A stretch of 64,000 bases of DNA. Origin: Chiloscyllium plagiosum (Eukaryota). A program made the translations under genes and the position numbers. This document shows positions 24,440 through 36,290 of the stretch, piece by piece (position 1 is the first letter of the stretch; every line of letters begins with the position of its first letter). The notes below the pieces were generated by a model. The model saw nothing but the letters and a program-made list of their open reading frames with translations. It ran no database searches and was not told where the DNA came from. Where the stretch lies: NCBI RefSeq assembly GCF_004010195.1, contig NC_057718.1, positions 94,150,039 through 94,214,038 on the forward strand, in the 5' to 3' direction.

Positions 24440-24690
24440 GCCAGGCAGCATCTGTGGAGGGAGAACAGAGTCAATGATTCAGGTCCAGTGACTTTTCTTC
24501 AGAACTGATTGTGACTAGGAAGAGATAGTCTTTTCATATATATTTTTTTCTAACTAGAATCAGTGCTGAGGAAAGGTCACTGGACCTGAAACATTGACTC
24601 TACTTTCTCCCATTGATGCTGTCAGAGCTGATGAGTTTCTCCAGCAATTTCTGTTCATGTTTCAGATTTCCAACGTCCTTTTGTTTTTTT
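24440..24690. mobile_element. Palindromic Penelope-derived element (family C) with two decayed hammerhead motifs
   Basis: Minus strand GTT-CTGAAGA-A-AAGTC-ACT-GGACCT-GAAT (24470-24505); plus strand CTGAGGA-A-AGGTC-ACT-GGACCT-GAAA-CATT-GAC (24566-24598). Confidence 0.7.
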
Positions 24691-24804
24691 TTGGATAATT
24701 TTTAAATTATGCCTTTGTTTTTATAATGCAGCAATTTAATCCAGGGATGCACATCCTGGCCTGATTTCAATTGTTTTTGGTGCAATACTTGACGGGTAGC
24801 CACC

Positions 24805-25240
24805 TCTTCCCAAGGCCACAAGAAACTACAGAGAGTGGTGAACACAGCCCAGCCCATCATGCAAACCAGCCTTCCATCCATTGACTCCGTCGACACTTCC
24901 CACTGCCTCAGGAAAGCAACCAACATCTTCAAAGACCCCTCCCATCCCAGTTATATTCTCTTCCACCTTCTTCCGTTGGGCAGGAGATATAAAAGTTTTA
25001 ATACACATACAAATAAATTCAAGAACAACTTCTGCCCCACTGTTATCAGGCGTTTGAATGGGCTTCTCAAATGTTAATTCTGATGTCTCTCTCTACACCT
25101 TCTCTATCGCTGTTACACTGTATTCTGCACTCTGTTCTGCTCCCCTGATGCACTTTGTATGGTACGATCTGCCTGTGTAATATGCAGAACATTTTTCAAT
25201 GTATCTCAGTACATGTGACAATAATACATCAATCAATCAA
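24805..25240 (+). mobile_element. Rex1/Babar-like LINE 3' fragment
   Basis: KKLQRVVNTAQPI..CLRKATNIFKDPSHP..LLPLGRRY..FKNNF.PTVIRRLN, ending in a (TCAA)n tail. Confidence 0.78.
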
Positions 25241-25469
25241 CTATTGAAAAATCTCTCACAGAGGGCTTGTTGTTTGACAAGTCTGGATTTGTGTTAAAAG
25301 ACTGTTCATTGCTAAATGCGCAGAAATGATCTGGATTTGGATTTTGAAGGCAATAATATCAATATTTTACTGATTATACCAAACTGGGATGGATGGATGT
25401 CAAATTGTGATGAGCATTGTGAAATCGGGGATGATGCCCAATGTAGAAAAATGTGAAATAACGTATTCT

Positions 25470-25640
25470 GCAAAAGTGAAATACTGCGGGTGCTGGAAAT
25501 CTGAAATCATCACAGAAAAGGCTGAAGAAACTCAGAAGGTCTGGCAGCATCTGTGGAGAGAGAAACAGAGTTAACAATTTCGAGTCTAACGTGATCCTTC
25601 TTCAGAACACTTCCTTCTGAAGAAGAGTTATACTGGACTC
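25470..25640. mobile_element. Penelope-derived element (family C)
   Basis: Inverted CTTCTTCAGAA / TTCTGAAGAAG cores and a GGTCTGGCAGCATCTGTGGAGAG arm. Confidence 0.65.
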
Positions 25641-25652
25641 AAACTTTTCTTG

Positions 25653-25990
25653 GAAAAGCACAGCAGGTTAGGAGCAGGAAAATCGATGTTTCAGGTCGAA
25701 GCCCTTCATCAGGAATTGTCTTTGAATGCACAATTCATGGCTAAAGGGTTGGTTAGCTCAGTCAGGTGGGCAGTCGGTCTGATATACAATATACGCCAAC
25801 AAGTGGATTCAATTCGTGCATTGGCTGAGGTTACCGTGAAGGACTCTCCTTCTCAATCTCTCTGAGACTTGGCCAAGTCAGGAATCGAAATATCGATTTT
25901 CCTGCTCCTCAGATGCTGCCTGACCTGCTGTGCCTTTCCAGCAACACACTCTCAACTCTGATCTCCAACATCTGCAGACCTCACTGTCTC
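25653..25990. mobile_element. Palindromic Penelope-derived element (family A) containing a captured 165-bp genomic segment
   Basis: TSD-like CTCAA(A/G)CTTTTCTTG at 25638-25652 and 25991-26005; inverted arms; internal 25714-25878 matches 23387-23539. Confidence 0.8.
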
Positions 25991-26489
25991 CTCAAGCTTT
26001 TCTTGATTGTAATAAGTTTGCTTTTCAAATGAAGAAAAAGGAGTTAGATTGTAAAGTAAATACAAATTCCTTTACACTTACAGCTTGTTGACCATAATAA
26101 CATTCTACTTTCTGATTCCTAGGAGAAAGGCAGAGTGACAGATTTGATCATTCAGGATGGTCAGGACCTTAAATTATTGGCACTGGGTATAGTAGGTATA
26201 GGCATATTCTGTGACAATATGTGGAAATGATGACAGCTACCACATGGAATGTGTCACCAGAAATGTATACCTGGCACCCTACAGCAAGTTAGTCCAAAGA
26301 AACTATAAAAAATATCAAAGACTTCAACATTAAATGGTGACATGGGATATTTTACATTGATATTGTTATATTGGTGAAACCTGAATTGTTTTTCACTGCC
26401 AACAGGCCCTCAATTGATGAAAAAACAATTGTTTCTGGGCTGCCTCCAATTAACTGGTGGCTTCTGTGTCTTATGATCCTGCTCACAGC

Positions 26490-26612
26490 CATCTGATGAA
26501 GGAACAGCACCCCAAAAGCTAGTACTTCCAAATAAACCTATTGAACTATAACTAGTGTTGTGTGACTTTTAACCTTGTCAACCCCAGTCCAACATCAGCT
26601 CCTCCACATCAT
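26490..26612 (+). mobile_element. Penelope-derived element (family B), single decayed arm
   Basis: CATCTGATGAAGGAACAGCACCCCAAAAGCTAGT...TGTTGTGTGACTTTTAAC..CCCCAGTCCAAC. Confidence 0.75.
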
Positions 26613-26711
26613 GGCTTCTGTAGTGGGCAGTGTGGCGGAGTTGTTCTGCTATTGTTAAAACAGCCTGATGAAAAGACCCTTAGTAGACTCTCTGCACATA
26701 GAGACAAAGAT

Positions 26712-27645
26712 CATAGAGTCATAGAGATGTACAGCATTGAAACAGACCCTTCGGTCCAACCCGTCCATGCCGACCAGATATTTCAACCCAATCTAGTCCC
26801 ACCTGCCAGCACTCGGCTCATAACCCTCGAAACCCTTCCTATTCATATACCCATCCAAATGCCTCTTAAATGTTGCAATTGTACCAGCCTCCACCACATC
26901 CTCTGGCAGCTCATTCCACGCACAAACCACTCTCTGTGTGAAAAAGTTGCCCCGTAGGACTCTTTTATATCTTTTCCCTCTCACCCTAAACCTATGCCCT
27001 CTAGTTCTGGACTCCCAGACCCCAGGGAAAAGACTTTGCCTATCCACCCTATCCATGCCCCTCATAATTTTGTAAACCTCTATAAGGTCACCCCTCAGCC
27101 TCCGACGTTCCAGGGAAAACAGCCCCAGCCTATTCAGCCTCTCCCTGTAGCTCAAATCCTCCAAACCTGGCAACATCCTTGTAAATCTTTTCTGAACCCT
27201 TTCAAGTTTCACAACATCTTTCCGATAGGAAGGAGACTAGAATTGCACGCAATATTCCAACAGTTGCCTAACCAATGTCCTGTACAGCCATGACATGACC
27301 TCCCAACTCATGTACTCAAAACTCTGACCAATAAAGGAATGCATACCAAACGCCTTCTTCATTATCCTATCTACCTGTGACTCCACTTTCAAGGAGCTAT
27401 GAACCTGCACTCCAAGGTCTCTTTGTTCAGCAACACTCCCTAGGACCTTTCCCAAAACACAGCACCTCACATTTATCTGAATTAAACTCCATCTGCCACT
27501 TCTCAGCCCATTGGCCCATCTGGTCAAGATCCTGTTGTAATCTGAGGCAACCCTCTTTGCTGTCCAAAATGACAATTTTGGTGTCATCTGCAAACTTACT
27601 AACTATACCTCTTATGCTCGCATCCAAATCATTTATGTAAATGAC
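26712..27645 (-). mobile_element. CR1/HER1-type LINE, 5'-truncated (RT C-terminal half + tail)
   Basis: YINDLD..VSKFADDTKI, LQQDLDQMGQWAEKWQMEFNSDKCEV, LERVQKRFTRMLPGL..RGNFFTQRVV..WNELP. Confidence 0.93.
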
Positions 27646-28650
27646 AAAAATCACAAGTTTCACTGCTGTATTTAATGTTTCATGGAAGCGTTCCAGTTTT
27701 ATTTCATGCATTTTTGAAAAAGCAGCCATGTGAAGTCAGTTCATCAGAGATGAAACCCGTTTGATAATCTGTGTTTAGAGTTGCAATTCGTGTTCTGGAA
27801 CTCACAGTTCATTGTGAACTGCCTAAGCAGTGTACTAGCCCAACGCATTCTCTGCAACATTTTTTTGAAGATGGAAAATAATTGTTTCAAAGTTGTACTA
27901 TTTGACTATAGCTGCAACTCCATTGTGAGCTTATCTTCTAGCTCAGTGGCCCTAAAGTCTATGGGAACGTCCTGATGAGAGGGGCGATCATCACCCACCA
28001 CCCCTTCCTATTGGTAATAGATGCATGACAGCACTGCAGTGCGGATGAGGCATTTGCAAGTTCCACTCTGTTAACAAAAAATGATGTGTGCTAAAGAGAA
28101 AGCCGAGCAGCTGTGTTATTTTAACACCAGGAAGTGTCCCTTGCCCCCTCCAGTCTGTCTGTATCACAAGTCGAACGTCACTTCCTAAGTGAAGAAAGTC
28201 AAGTTTGGTTGGGGCTGCATGAAGTCAATGAGGTGTAAATGTGTTTAATGTCAGTGTCATTCTATCTCAGTACAGTAACTCAGCAAGCAGTCAGCACTTA
28301 ACAAAGGTACAATCCACATCCTGCACTGAGGGTGATCTAAGAGGGCTTAGACTATAACAACAGGTAATGCATACTTAAACGTTCTGGGCAGGCAGGACCA
28401 CCCTATTTGGGCCAGTTTATATTGTATGTTGTCAATGATGGGCACATTAGTTTAATTCAACCCCCCGCATTGTTAACCACAAAACCTTGCAAATGGATAA
28501 TCTCCACATCGACACAGGTCAGAACTCCATCAGGAAGGAAATAGCTTCTTAAGGAAATTACTCATGACAGCACCATTTTAAATCCCTTTAAACCAATCTG
28601 AGCCAGATTATTCAGGAAAAGGTTTAATTGGTGTAAAGTAATGCCAAGGA

Positions 28651-29150
28651 NNNNNNNNNNNNNNNNNNNNNNNNNNNNNNNNNNNNNNNNNNNNNNNNNN
28701 NNNNNNNNNNNNNNNNNNNNNNNNNNNNNNNNNNNNNNNNNNNNNNNNNNNNNNNNNNNNNNNNNNNNNNNNNNNNNNNNNNNNNNNNNNNNNNNNNNNN
28801 NNNNNNNNNNNNNNNNNNNNNNNNNNNNNNNNNNNNNNNNNNNNNNNNNNNNNNNNNNNNNNNNNNNNNNNNNNNNNNNNNNNNNNNNNNNNNNNNNNNN
28901 NNNNNNNNNNNNNNNNNNNNNNNNNNNNNNNNNNNNNNNNNNNNNNNNNNNNNNNNNNNNNNNNNNNNNNNNNNNNNNNNNNNNNNNNNNNNNNNNNNNN
29001 NNNNNNNNNNNNNNNNNNNNNNNNNNNNNNNNNNNNNNNNNNNNNNNNNNNNNNNNNNNNNNNNNNNNNNNNNNNNNNNNNNNNNNNNNNNNNNNNNNNN
29101 NNNNNNNNNNNNNNNNNNNNNNNNNNNNNNNNNNNNNNNNNNNNNNNNNN
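28651..29150. other. Assembly gap (500 N)
   Basis: Run of N. Confidence 1.
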
Positions 29151-32086
29151 AATTTATTGTTGTTGCTGAATTAGCGATCACTGAATCTTTACTCAGAACC
29201 AGAAAGAGGGCAGGACTGAAAGTAACCGTACAAAGCACTCATAGTGTTGTCCGTAGTAATTTCTCACTGATTTAATTTGTCATATGACCTGTGCTAGTTG
29301 CTGCTACAATGGCAGGAAATGTTTCATAGAAGATTTAACTTTTAGGTGGATGATACCCCACTGTGGAATATGCCTCACCAGAGCTTTCAATGCCAACATG
29401 GTTTAAATGAAGCTGACATCATACTGGGACAGATCCTCACAGACCAGTTCCACGTTCACATTGTGAGTGTTTGCACACATCTGAATTAATAGGTAAAATT
29501 TAAATTTGAATTCAAATAGTTTATAGTCACACGTATTTAATGTAAAATGCAGTGAAAAATGTAAAGTGTCAACATGCATCGGAAGCATTTTCAGTAGCTT
29601 AAAAAGTAAAAAAGATCATGAAAAATTAAAAAAACAAGATAACTTAAAGAGAGACTAACTTTCCACCATCGCCAATTGGCACCTCATCCACATCATCGCC
29701 AGAGAGCCGGTCTGGGGTTCACCATGCCAAGCCGTTGCCACAGTGCCACATCCTGGTTCACCAGCGGGCCAACTCTGTAGTCACTTTGCTGGTAGACCTC
29801 AGGCTCACAATGCTGTCTTTGCTCCAGCTGCCTCTGAAGCCACCACCACTCTGGACCCACCAAAGCCCACTTCCTATGGACTGAGCTCACCTCAGAAGGT
29901 AACTAGAAGCAAAAGCTAAACAAGGGAAAAAATAGATTGAGAAAAGAAGAAGAAAAGCAGACAGAGTGGACAAGCCCCAGGCTCAGGAACCCAGACACTG
30001 CCTACTCCGCCATTGCCATCTTAGAAGAGATCCATGTGTAATGGTGTTGAAATCTATCTATGGATTGATAGGCATGTATGTCTGTGTGCCTGTATGTCCT
30101 AATGTATATTTGTAGATCTATGTACATTTGTGCAGGAATTTATATACTCTCTTGATATGGTTAAAAGGAAACTTGACCCCAAGAGGGAGAAAGCAAGAGG
30201 AGGATCTCTTGATAGAATGAAGTGAAGTCGGATGGATGGAGTTTTATGTCACGTGTAGCCTGATTGAATTCAATGGCGTGTTTCTGTCCTGTAATTTCTA
30301 TGCAATGATGGCGTGCACTATCAAGATGTGAATCTGTTCTCGGGCAAGACGTCTTGGAATTTGACCTCAACAAACATCAAAGGGCTTTGTCGACCAATGA
30401 GCAGACAGCACCTGGCTTAAAATTTCTAAGTGCAAAATTCCCGCTTTTCTGGGCCGTTCCCAAGAGGCGTTATCCTCCTCTCAAGTCACTTTCTCACTTT
30501 TCTTTCTCATCAGTGCCATCTTCGTGCTGCCTCTGCAATCTGTAGTTGCTGACCCCTGGCTGCATCGTTCTGTCAACTTCTGCATTGATGTGAAAAAAAA
30601 AACACATTGACTTAAAGCGTGGTTTCTTTTTCATCTGCTCTTTCCTTGTGAAGAAACATTTGCTCCCCGCATTGGCACTGATGTATAACCAGAGTGCGAG
30701 TGTGATCTCTTGAGCAAATAATTCGGCACCCTCTGAAATTCTGAGTCAAATTTCCACACACGGGAAGTCCCAGAAGTCCTGCGAAAGTAGTGATTTCCGA
30801 ATGAGTTGGAGTTCTAACCAGTTCAGTCCATTAATAAACTGTCATCCCTGCAGACAGAAACAAGCAGATTAACTGGTGAGAATGATAATCAAAAACAAAA
30901 CGTTTGAACTCATGCGTAGACAGCGAGTACCCCCTCTCCCTTTAAATATAATGATCACAACAGTTACGATTCGGAGCACATTATTGCAGACCCTGGTATG
31001 TGTACTGAAAACATTAAATGCTGGAGATCACAGCTGACCAGGCAGCAATTGGTTAAAATTAGTATGAATTGCAGTTAGGTTGCAATAAAATGTTATCATT
31101 TGGAACCAGTGCTGTTTTCAGCACACACAAGTACTAGATTACCATGAAACTTATGAGTGAGAAAATTCGTATTAACCTTTTGTTCCAGGCTGATGATATT
31201 TTGTCCGACAACTGGGAGAGTTAAGAAAAATGTCTTAGCAGAAGAGCCAATTAATTATGAATTGCCTGCCTGCTCTTGGTTAATAAGTGCGATTCACGGG
31301 AAGGTAAAGGAATTGCGTTCCTCTGTGGCCATGTATTTAGCAGCTTTTTGGATCATTCAACTGCAGACTGAGAAAGAGCAAACATATGCCAGCAGGATGT
31401 TGGGAGGCTATTGTCTGAGAAATTGCAGAGTTAACAGCTCCCCTTTTACATGGGATTCCTGGGTTATGGTGTAGCTAGGACAATTAAAGCAATCTTCCGG
31501 TGCGAGTGAAAATATGTTCGAATAAAGTGAGAAGGGTACTGCTTTGGAATGCATGGTACTCTTACCAAACAATTCACCTTACATTATTTCAGACACCAAT
31601 GAACAAGTGGATATCAAAACTAATTCGCTCATTCAGAAATTGATTCACCTCAGAACATGTGCGATATTTCATGAATATGTTCAGGAGAAAATTGTCCAGC
31701 TGTGCCCACATATTCATGTTTTCATTCAACTTTATTGGATAAGGTGCCAGCATGATTGCTTTACAGATTGACAACTGTTGCAAATGATCATTTGTTTTCA
31801 AAAACATTTGACAATGTTGAGGTTAAACAAATGGGTTCTAGTGGAAGAATGAAGGGCTTATAGACTCTGTCAGATTGGTTTCCATGGTCTTTACATTGTA
31901 ATTGCATTTCAGTGACATTGGACAATAACTAACATTTAATGAGACTGATGAAACAACAACTGCAACATCCTGATGACTTCAGTCAGCACATTTATATTTT
32001 TTGGAGATGCCGGTGTTGGACTGGGGTGTACAAAGTTAAAAATCACACAACACCAGGTTATAGTCCAACAGGTTTAATTGGAAGCA

Positions 32087-32121
32087 CACTAGCTTTCGGA
32101 GCGTCGCTCCTTCATCAGGTG
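32087..32121 (-). ncRNA. Minimal type I hammerhead ribozyme motif
   Basis: CAC-CUGAUGA-A-GGAGC-GAC-GCUCC-GAAA-GC-UA-GUG: intact core with stems I and II paired. Confidence 0.75.
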
Positions 32122-32344
32122 GTCATGGAGAGCTCAATCCTAACCCACAGAATTTATAGCAAAAATTTACAGTGTGATATAACTGAAATTATACATTGAA
32201 AAATTGAAAAAAGTGAAACTATCATGGTATTCAAACAGATGAAAGACTCAACAGACAATCAATTTTTCAATGTATAATTTCAGTTATATCACACTGTAAA
32301 TTTTTGCTATAAATTGTGTGTGTTAGAATTGAGCCCTCCACTAT

Positions 32345-32379
32345 CACCTGATGAAGGAGCGATGCTCCGAAAGCTAGTG
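32345..32379 (+). ncRNA. Minimal type I hammerhead ribozyme motif
   Basis: CAC-CUGAUGA-A-GGAGC-GAU-GCUCC-GAAA-GC-UA-GUG. Confidence 0.75.
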
Positions 32380-32519
32380 TGCTTCCAATTAAACCTGTTG
32401 GACTATAACCTGGTGTTGTGTGATTTTTCACATTTATATTGGTTTTCACATGTACACTGATTAAAATAGATGCTACCTCATCTCCATCTCTCTTGCCTCC
32501 AGCACTGTTGCTAAATTAT

Positions 32520-33800
32520 CCACCTCCTTATCTCCCATGTTGTAGTGGATGAGTGAAACCACCCTCAATTAAACATTGGGAAATCTGAAACCATTGACTT
32601 CTCTCCCCACTCCGCATCTTGTTCCCTTGCAACTGTTTCCATTTCTCTCCCTGTCAACTGTCTGCCACAAGTGGTCTGATCACAATCTTGCTGTCATACA
32701 TGACCCTGACATGAACTTCCAAGCAAATATCCACTCCATGATTAAGACCCCTTTGTTTTATCTCCAAAACAATGCCAAATTATGCTGCTGATACCCTCAT
32801 CCATGCCATTATCACCTATAGCCATGACTATATAAGGGTAAGCCTGACAAGTTTCCCACATAAGACCATGAGATATAGGAACAGAAATTAGGCCATTCAG
32901 CCCATCGAGTCTGCTCCACCATTCAGTCATGGCTGATAGGTTCTTCAACCTCATTTTCCCGTTTTCTCCCCATAACTTTTGATCACCTTGGCAATCAAGA
33001 ACTTATCCATCTCTGTTTTAAATACACTTAATGACCTGGCCAGCCTTCTGCACAGTCTTCTGTGGCAATGTATTCCACAGATTCCCCACTCTTTGGCTAA
33101 CAAAGTTTCTCATTATCTCCATTCTAAAAGGTCTTCCCTTTACTCTAAGGCTATACCCTAGGATCCTCATCTCTCCTACCAATGGAAACAACTTCCCAAC
33201 ATCCACTCTGTCCAGGCCATTCAGTATTCTGTGTATTTGAGGCCATCCAAAACTCTGCCGGCTATGTTCTTGACTTGCACCAACTCAGTTCCCTTGGTGG
33301 TCTCTTATGGAGCAATAACTGGGGTACACTTGCTCTTTCTCACTCTAAAGGTGAACAGGAGGCAGAAAATGTAAGATTTTCTTTCTTGATTTTCCAATAT
33401 CTCCATGGCCTCTCCACTTCAGATCTCTTCAATTTCCTCCAGTCCCTCAAATCTGAGAGATCTGTGCTCTTATATTGGAGATAGTGAAGACTGCAGGTGC
33501 TGGAAGACAGAGTCAATGAAAAGTGGATGAGCAAAGGTCAGGTAGCATCAGAGGAGCAGAAAAGTTAACGGGGAGAGTATGTGCTCTTATACTTCTGACC
33601 TCTTGATCTCTGATTTTACTTCCTCCATCACCAGGGGCTGTGCTTTCTGCCATCCTAGGTCCCTTTGCCTCCCTATTTCCCTTTCAACCTTTAAGGTGAT
33701 GGGTCCTTTAAAATCCACCCCTTTGACCAATCTTTTAGCCGTCTTCCCAAATGCCAATGTCTAATGTTGCTTTTCAATGCACATGTGAAGCACCCTTCAC
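32520..33800 (+). mobile_element. Highly decayed L2-like LINE remnant interrupted by a CR1 fragment (~32860-33230, minus)
   Basis: DPDMNFQANIHSMIKTPLFYLQNNAKL resembles the L2 ORF2 C-terminal region; the inner fragment encodes FRMEIMRNFVSQRVGNLWNTLP. Confidence 0.45.
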
Positions 33801-34031
33801 CACAATAAAGCTGCTGCACAAACAAAATTTGTTTCCAGTTGTTATATTGTGCATTGGCTGTGTGCTATAGCTCTGGAACCAGCATGTATCTGAGTTATTT
33901 TGTGATTACGGAGGCAAATCATAACTTTAATCCACTTCACCGAAATTCAGCAATTAAATCTGAACAACCCTGCTGCAGTTATAGAATTGGGTTTTCGGGA
34001 ATGCTAGAGCCATTGTAGTTTGAAACGTACG

Positions 34032-34300
34032 TAAGAACATAAGAACTAGGAGCAGGAGTAGGCCATCTGGCCCATTGAGCCTGCTCTGACATTCAATAAG
34101 ATCACAGCTGATCTTTTCATGGACTCAGCTCCACTTATCCACCCTCTCACCATAACCCTTAATTCCTTTATTGTTCAAAACAAAATCTACATTAGATTTA
34201 AAAATGTTTATTGAAGTAGCGTCAACTACTTCACTGGGCAGGGAATTCCACAGATTCACAACCCTCTGGGTGACAAACGTCTTTCTCAGTTCAGTTCTAA
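34032..34300 (-). mobile_element. CR1-type LINE 3' end
   Basis: (TAAGAACA)n tail, GGAGCAGGAGTAGGCCAT.., and TQRVVNLWNSLP on the minus strand. Confidence 0.8.
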
Positions 34301-34474
34301 ACATGTAGTGAAACCAGACTGTATAAAGTCGCAGTGGATAGTGGAAGGAAACTGACTGATAGAGGGAAGAAACGGCTTATGTTAAATGCTTAGCTTTTGC
34401 TGTTAGTTTATCACAGCAACCATCAACGGAGTGGTGTTACTTTAGACCATTGTAAGACTATTGTAATCCCAACT

Positions 34475-34685
34475 TCATGGTGACCATGTAACCATTGTCG
34501 ATTGTTGTTAAAAGAAACATCTGGTTCACTGGTGTCATTTAGGGAAGGAAATCTGCTGTCTTTACTTGGTCTGGCCTACATAGCCCACAGCAATGTGGTT
34601 GATTCTTAACTGCACTCTGTGTCATTAAGGATGGGCAAGGTTGGTCTCCTCAACAGCACCCACACTCGGTGAACGAATAAAAGAA
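34475..34685 (+). mobile_element. Deu-domain SINE remnant (DeuSINE superfamily)
   Basis: CATCTGGTTCACT..TTTAGGGAAGGAAATCTGC..TGGTCTGGCCTACAT..CCCACAGCAATGTGGTTGA.TCTTAACTGC. Confidence 0.65.
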
Positions 34686-35004
34686 AACAAAAGGCAGTGT
34701 GAAATTCCTTCATTCTCAAACTGGAAGATCCATTTGAGATTAGCTGAATTTCCTGAACTGTACAACCATAACTATTATGCCCTTGCTAGTATATAACACA
34801 GGAGCGGCAGGAGGTCATTTAGCTCCTTGAGTCTGCTCCACCATTCAATAAGAGCAAGGCTGATCTGGTTGTCCCTTCATATCCACATTCCTGCCTTACC
34901 CTTTTGCTTAACAACAGTGTCTCTGCCTTTACCTTCAAAATATTCAAGGACTCTGCTGACACCATCTTTTTAGGAAGAGAGTGCCAAAGACTCAGGACCT
35001 TCTG

Positions 35005-35300
35005 AGGGTGGCATGGTGGCTCAGTGGTTAGCACTGCTGCCTCACAGCACCAGAGACCTGGGTTCCAATCCAGACTCAGGCAACTATCTGTGTGGAGTTT
35101 ACACATTCTCCCTATGTCTGCATGGGTTTCTTCACACAGTCCAAAGATGTGCTGGTTAGGTGAATTGTCCAGGGATGTATAAGTTAGGTGCATTAGCCAG
35201 GGGGTAAATGTAGGGGAATGGGTCTGGGTGGGTTACTTTTCAGAGGGTCAGTGTGGACTTGTTGGGCTGAAGGGCCTGTTTCCATACTGTAGGAAACCTA
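35005..35300 (+). mobile_element. HE1-like SINE
   Basis: GGGTGGCATGGTGGCTCAGTGGTTAGCACTGCTGCCTCACAGC head; tail GGGCTGAAGGGCCTGTTTCC. Confidence 0.87.
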
Positions 35301-35944
35301 ATCAAACTTTGTTTCTATTTCTTATGTTTCGGTCTTTTGGACTACAAGAGATTTTCCTGAACACAAACTAGGAACATTTATCCCTCACCGCCCTTCCCAG
35401 TTCACATACAGTTAATTAAAGTTCCCCCCACCTGTTATATAAACTCTATGATACCTTCACCTGTCTAATTTCCTTGCAGATTTGTTCCTGTGTATCCTTC
35501 CCACTGGTTGGTATTCTGTTGGTTACACTGAGTAATGGAATTGCACCCATTACTTAGCACTAGCCAAATCAATTTGGTCCTTTAATTTCAACAGACCTAC
35601 AATACTCTCCTCAACTCAAAAGAAGCACCCCTGCTTTATTATCTTTTCTGATTACTTTGCAGTCAGGAATATTTTGCACCCAGACCTGCACCTCCTTTAG
35701 CTAAGTCTCTGTTAACACAACATTGTGATGTTACCTATCTCAACTATCCTCCCAGACAGGTATTCCAGATCTCTGCCATCCTCTGGGTGGGAATAAGAAT
35801 GTTTCCTCAACTCCTTTCTTAACCTCCAGCCTTTACAAATGTGCCCCCTCTTTAGTGAGTCTTCCAGTCAGAGGGTCTTTCTATCCATCTCATAATATTA
35901 CTTGTCTCAATTTGTTCCCCTTTAACCTTCTCTTTTTATTTATA

Positions 35945-36290
35945 GAACCCCTACAGTGCAGAAAGAGTACATTCAGCCCATCAGGTCTGCACCAAACCTC
36001 TAAAGGTCTTCCCACCCAGACTCACACCACCTCTAACCCCATTGCTGTAACTCTGCACTTCCCACGGCTCATCTGCCTACCCTGCATGTCATGGGCATGT
36101 TAGCACTGCCAGTGCACCTAACTTGCACATTGTTGGACTGTGGGAGGAGACGAGAGCACCCAGAGGAAACCCCACAGACATGGGGAGAATGTGCAAACTC
36201 CACACAGACAGTCACCTAGAAGCTGGGATCGAATTCATGTCCCTGGGGCTGTGAGGCAGTAGTACTAACCACTAAGCCACTGTGCCACCT
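35945..36290 (-). mobile_element. HE1-like SINE
   Basis: Same core and head, on the minus strand. Confidence 0.82.

Larger units (their letters stand above)
31999..32428. mobile_element. Palindromic Penelope-derived element (family B) with two hammerhead motifs and a 12-bp TSD
   Basis: Arms ~32038-32207 and 32259-32428 are reverse complements; CACATTTATATT at 31987-31998 and 32429-32440. Confidence 0.9.

Noticed and set aside
28624..29238. Long ORFs containing X runs (also 47631-49103)
   Set aside because: Artefacts of assembly gaps.
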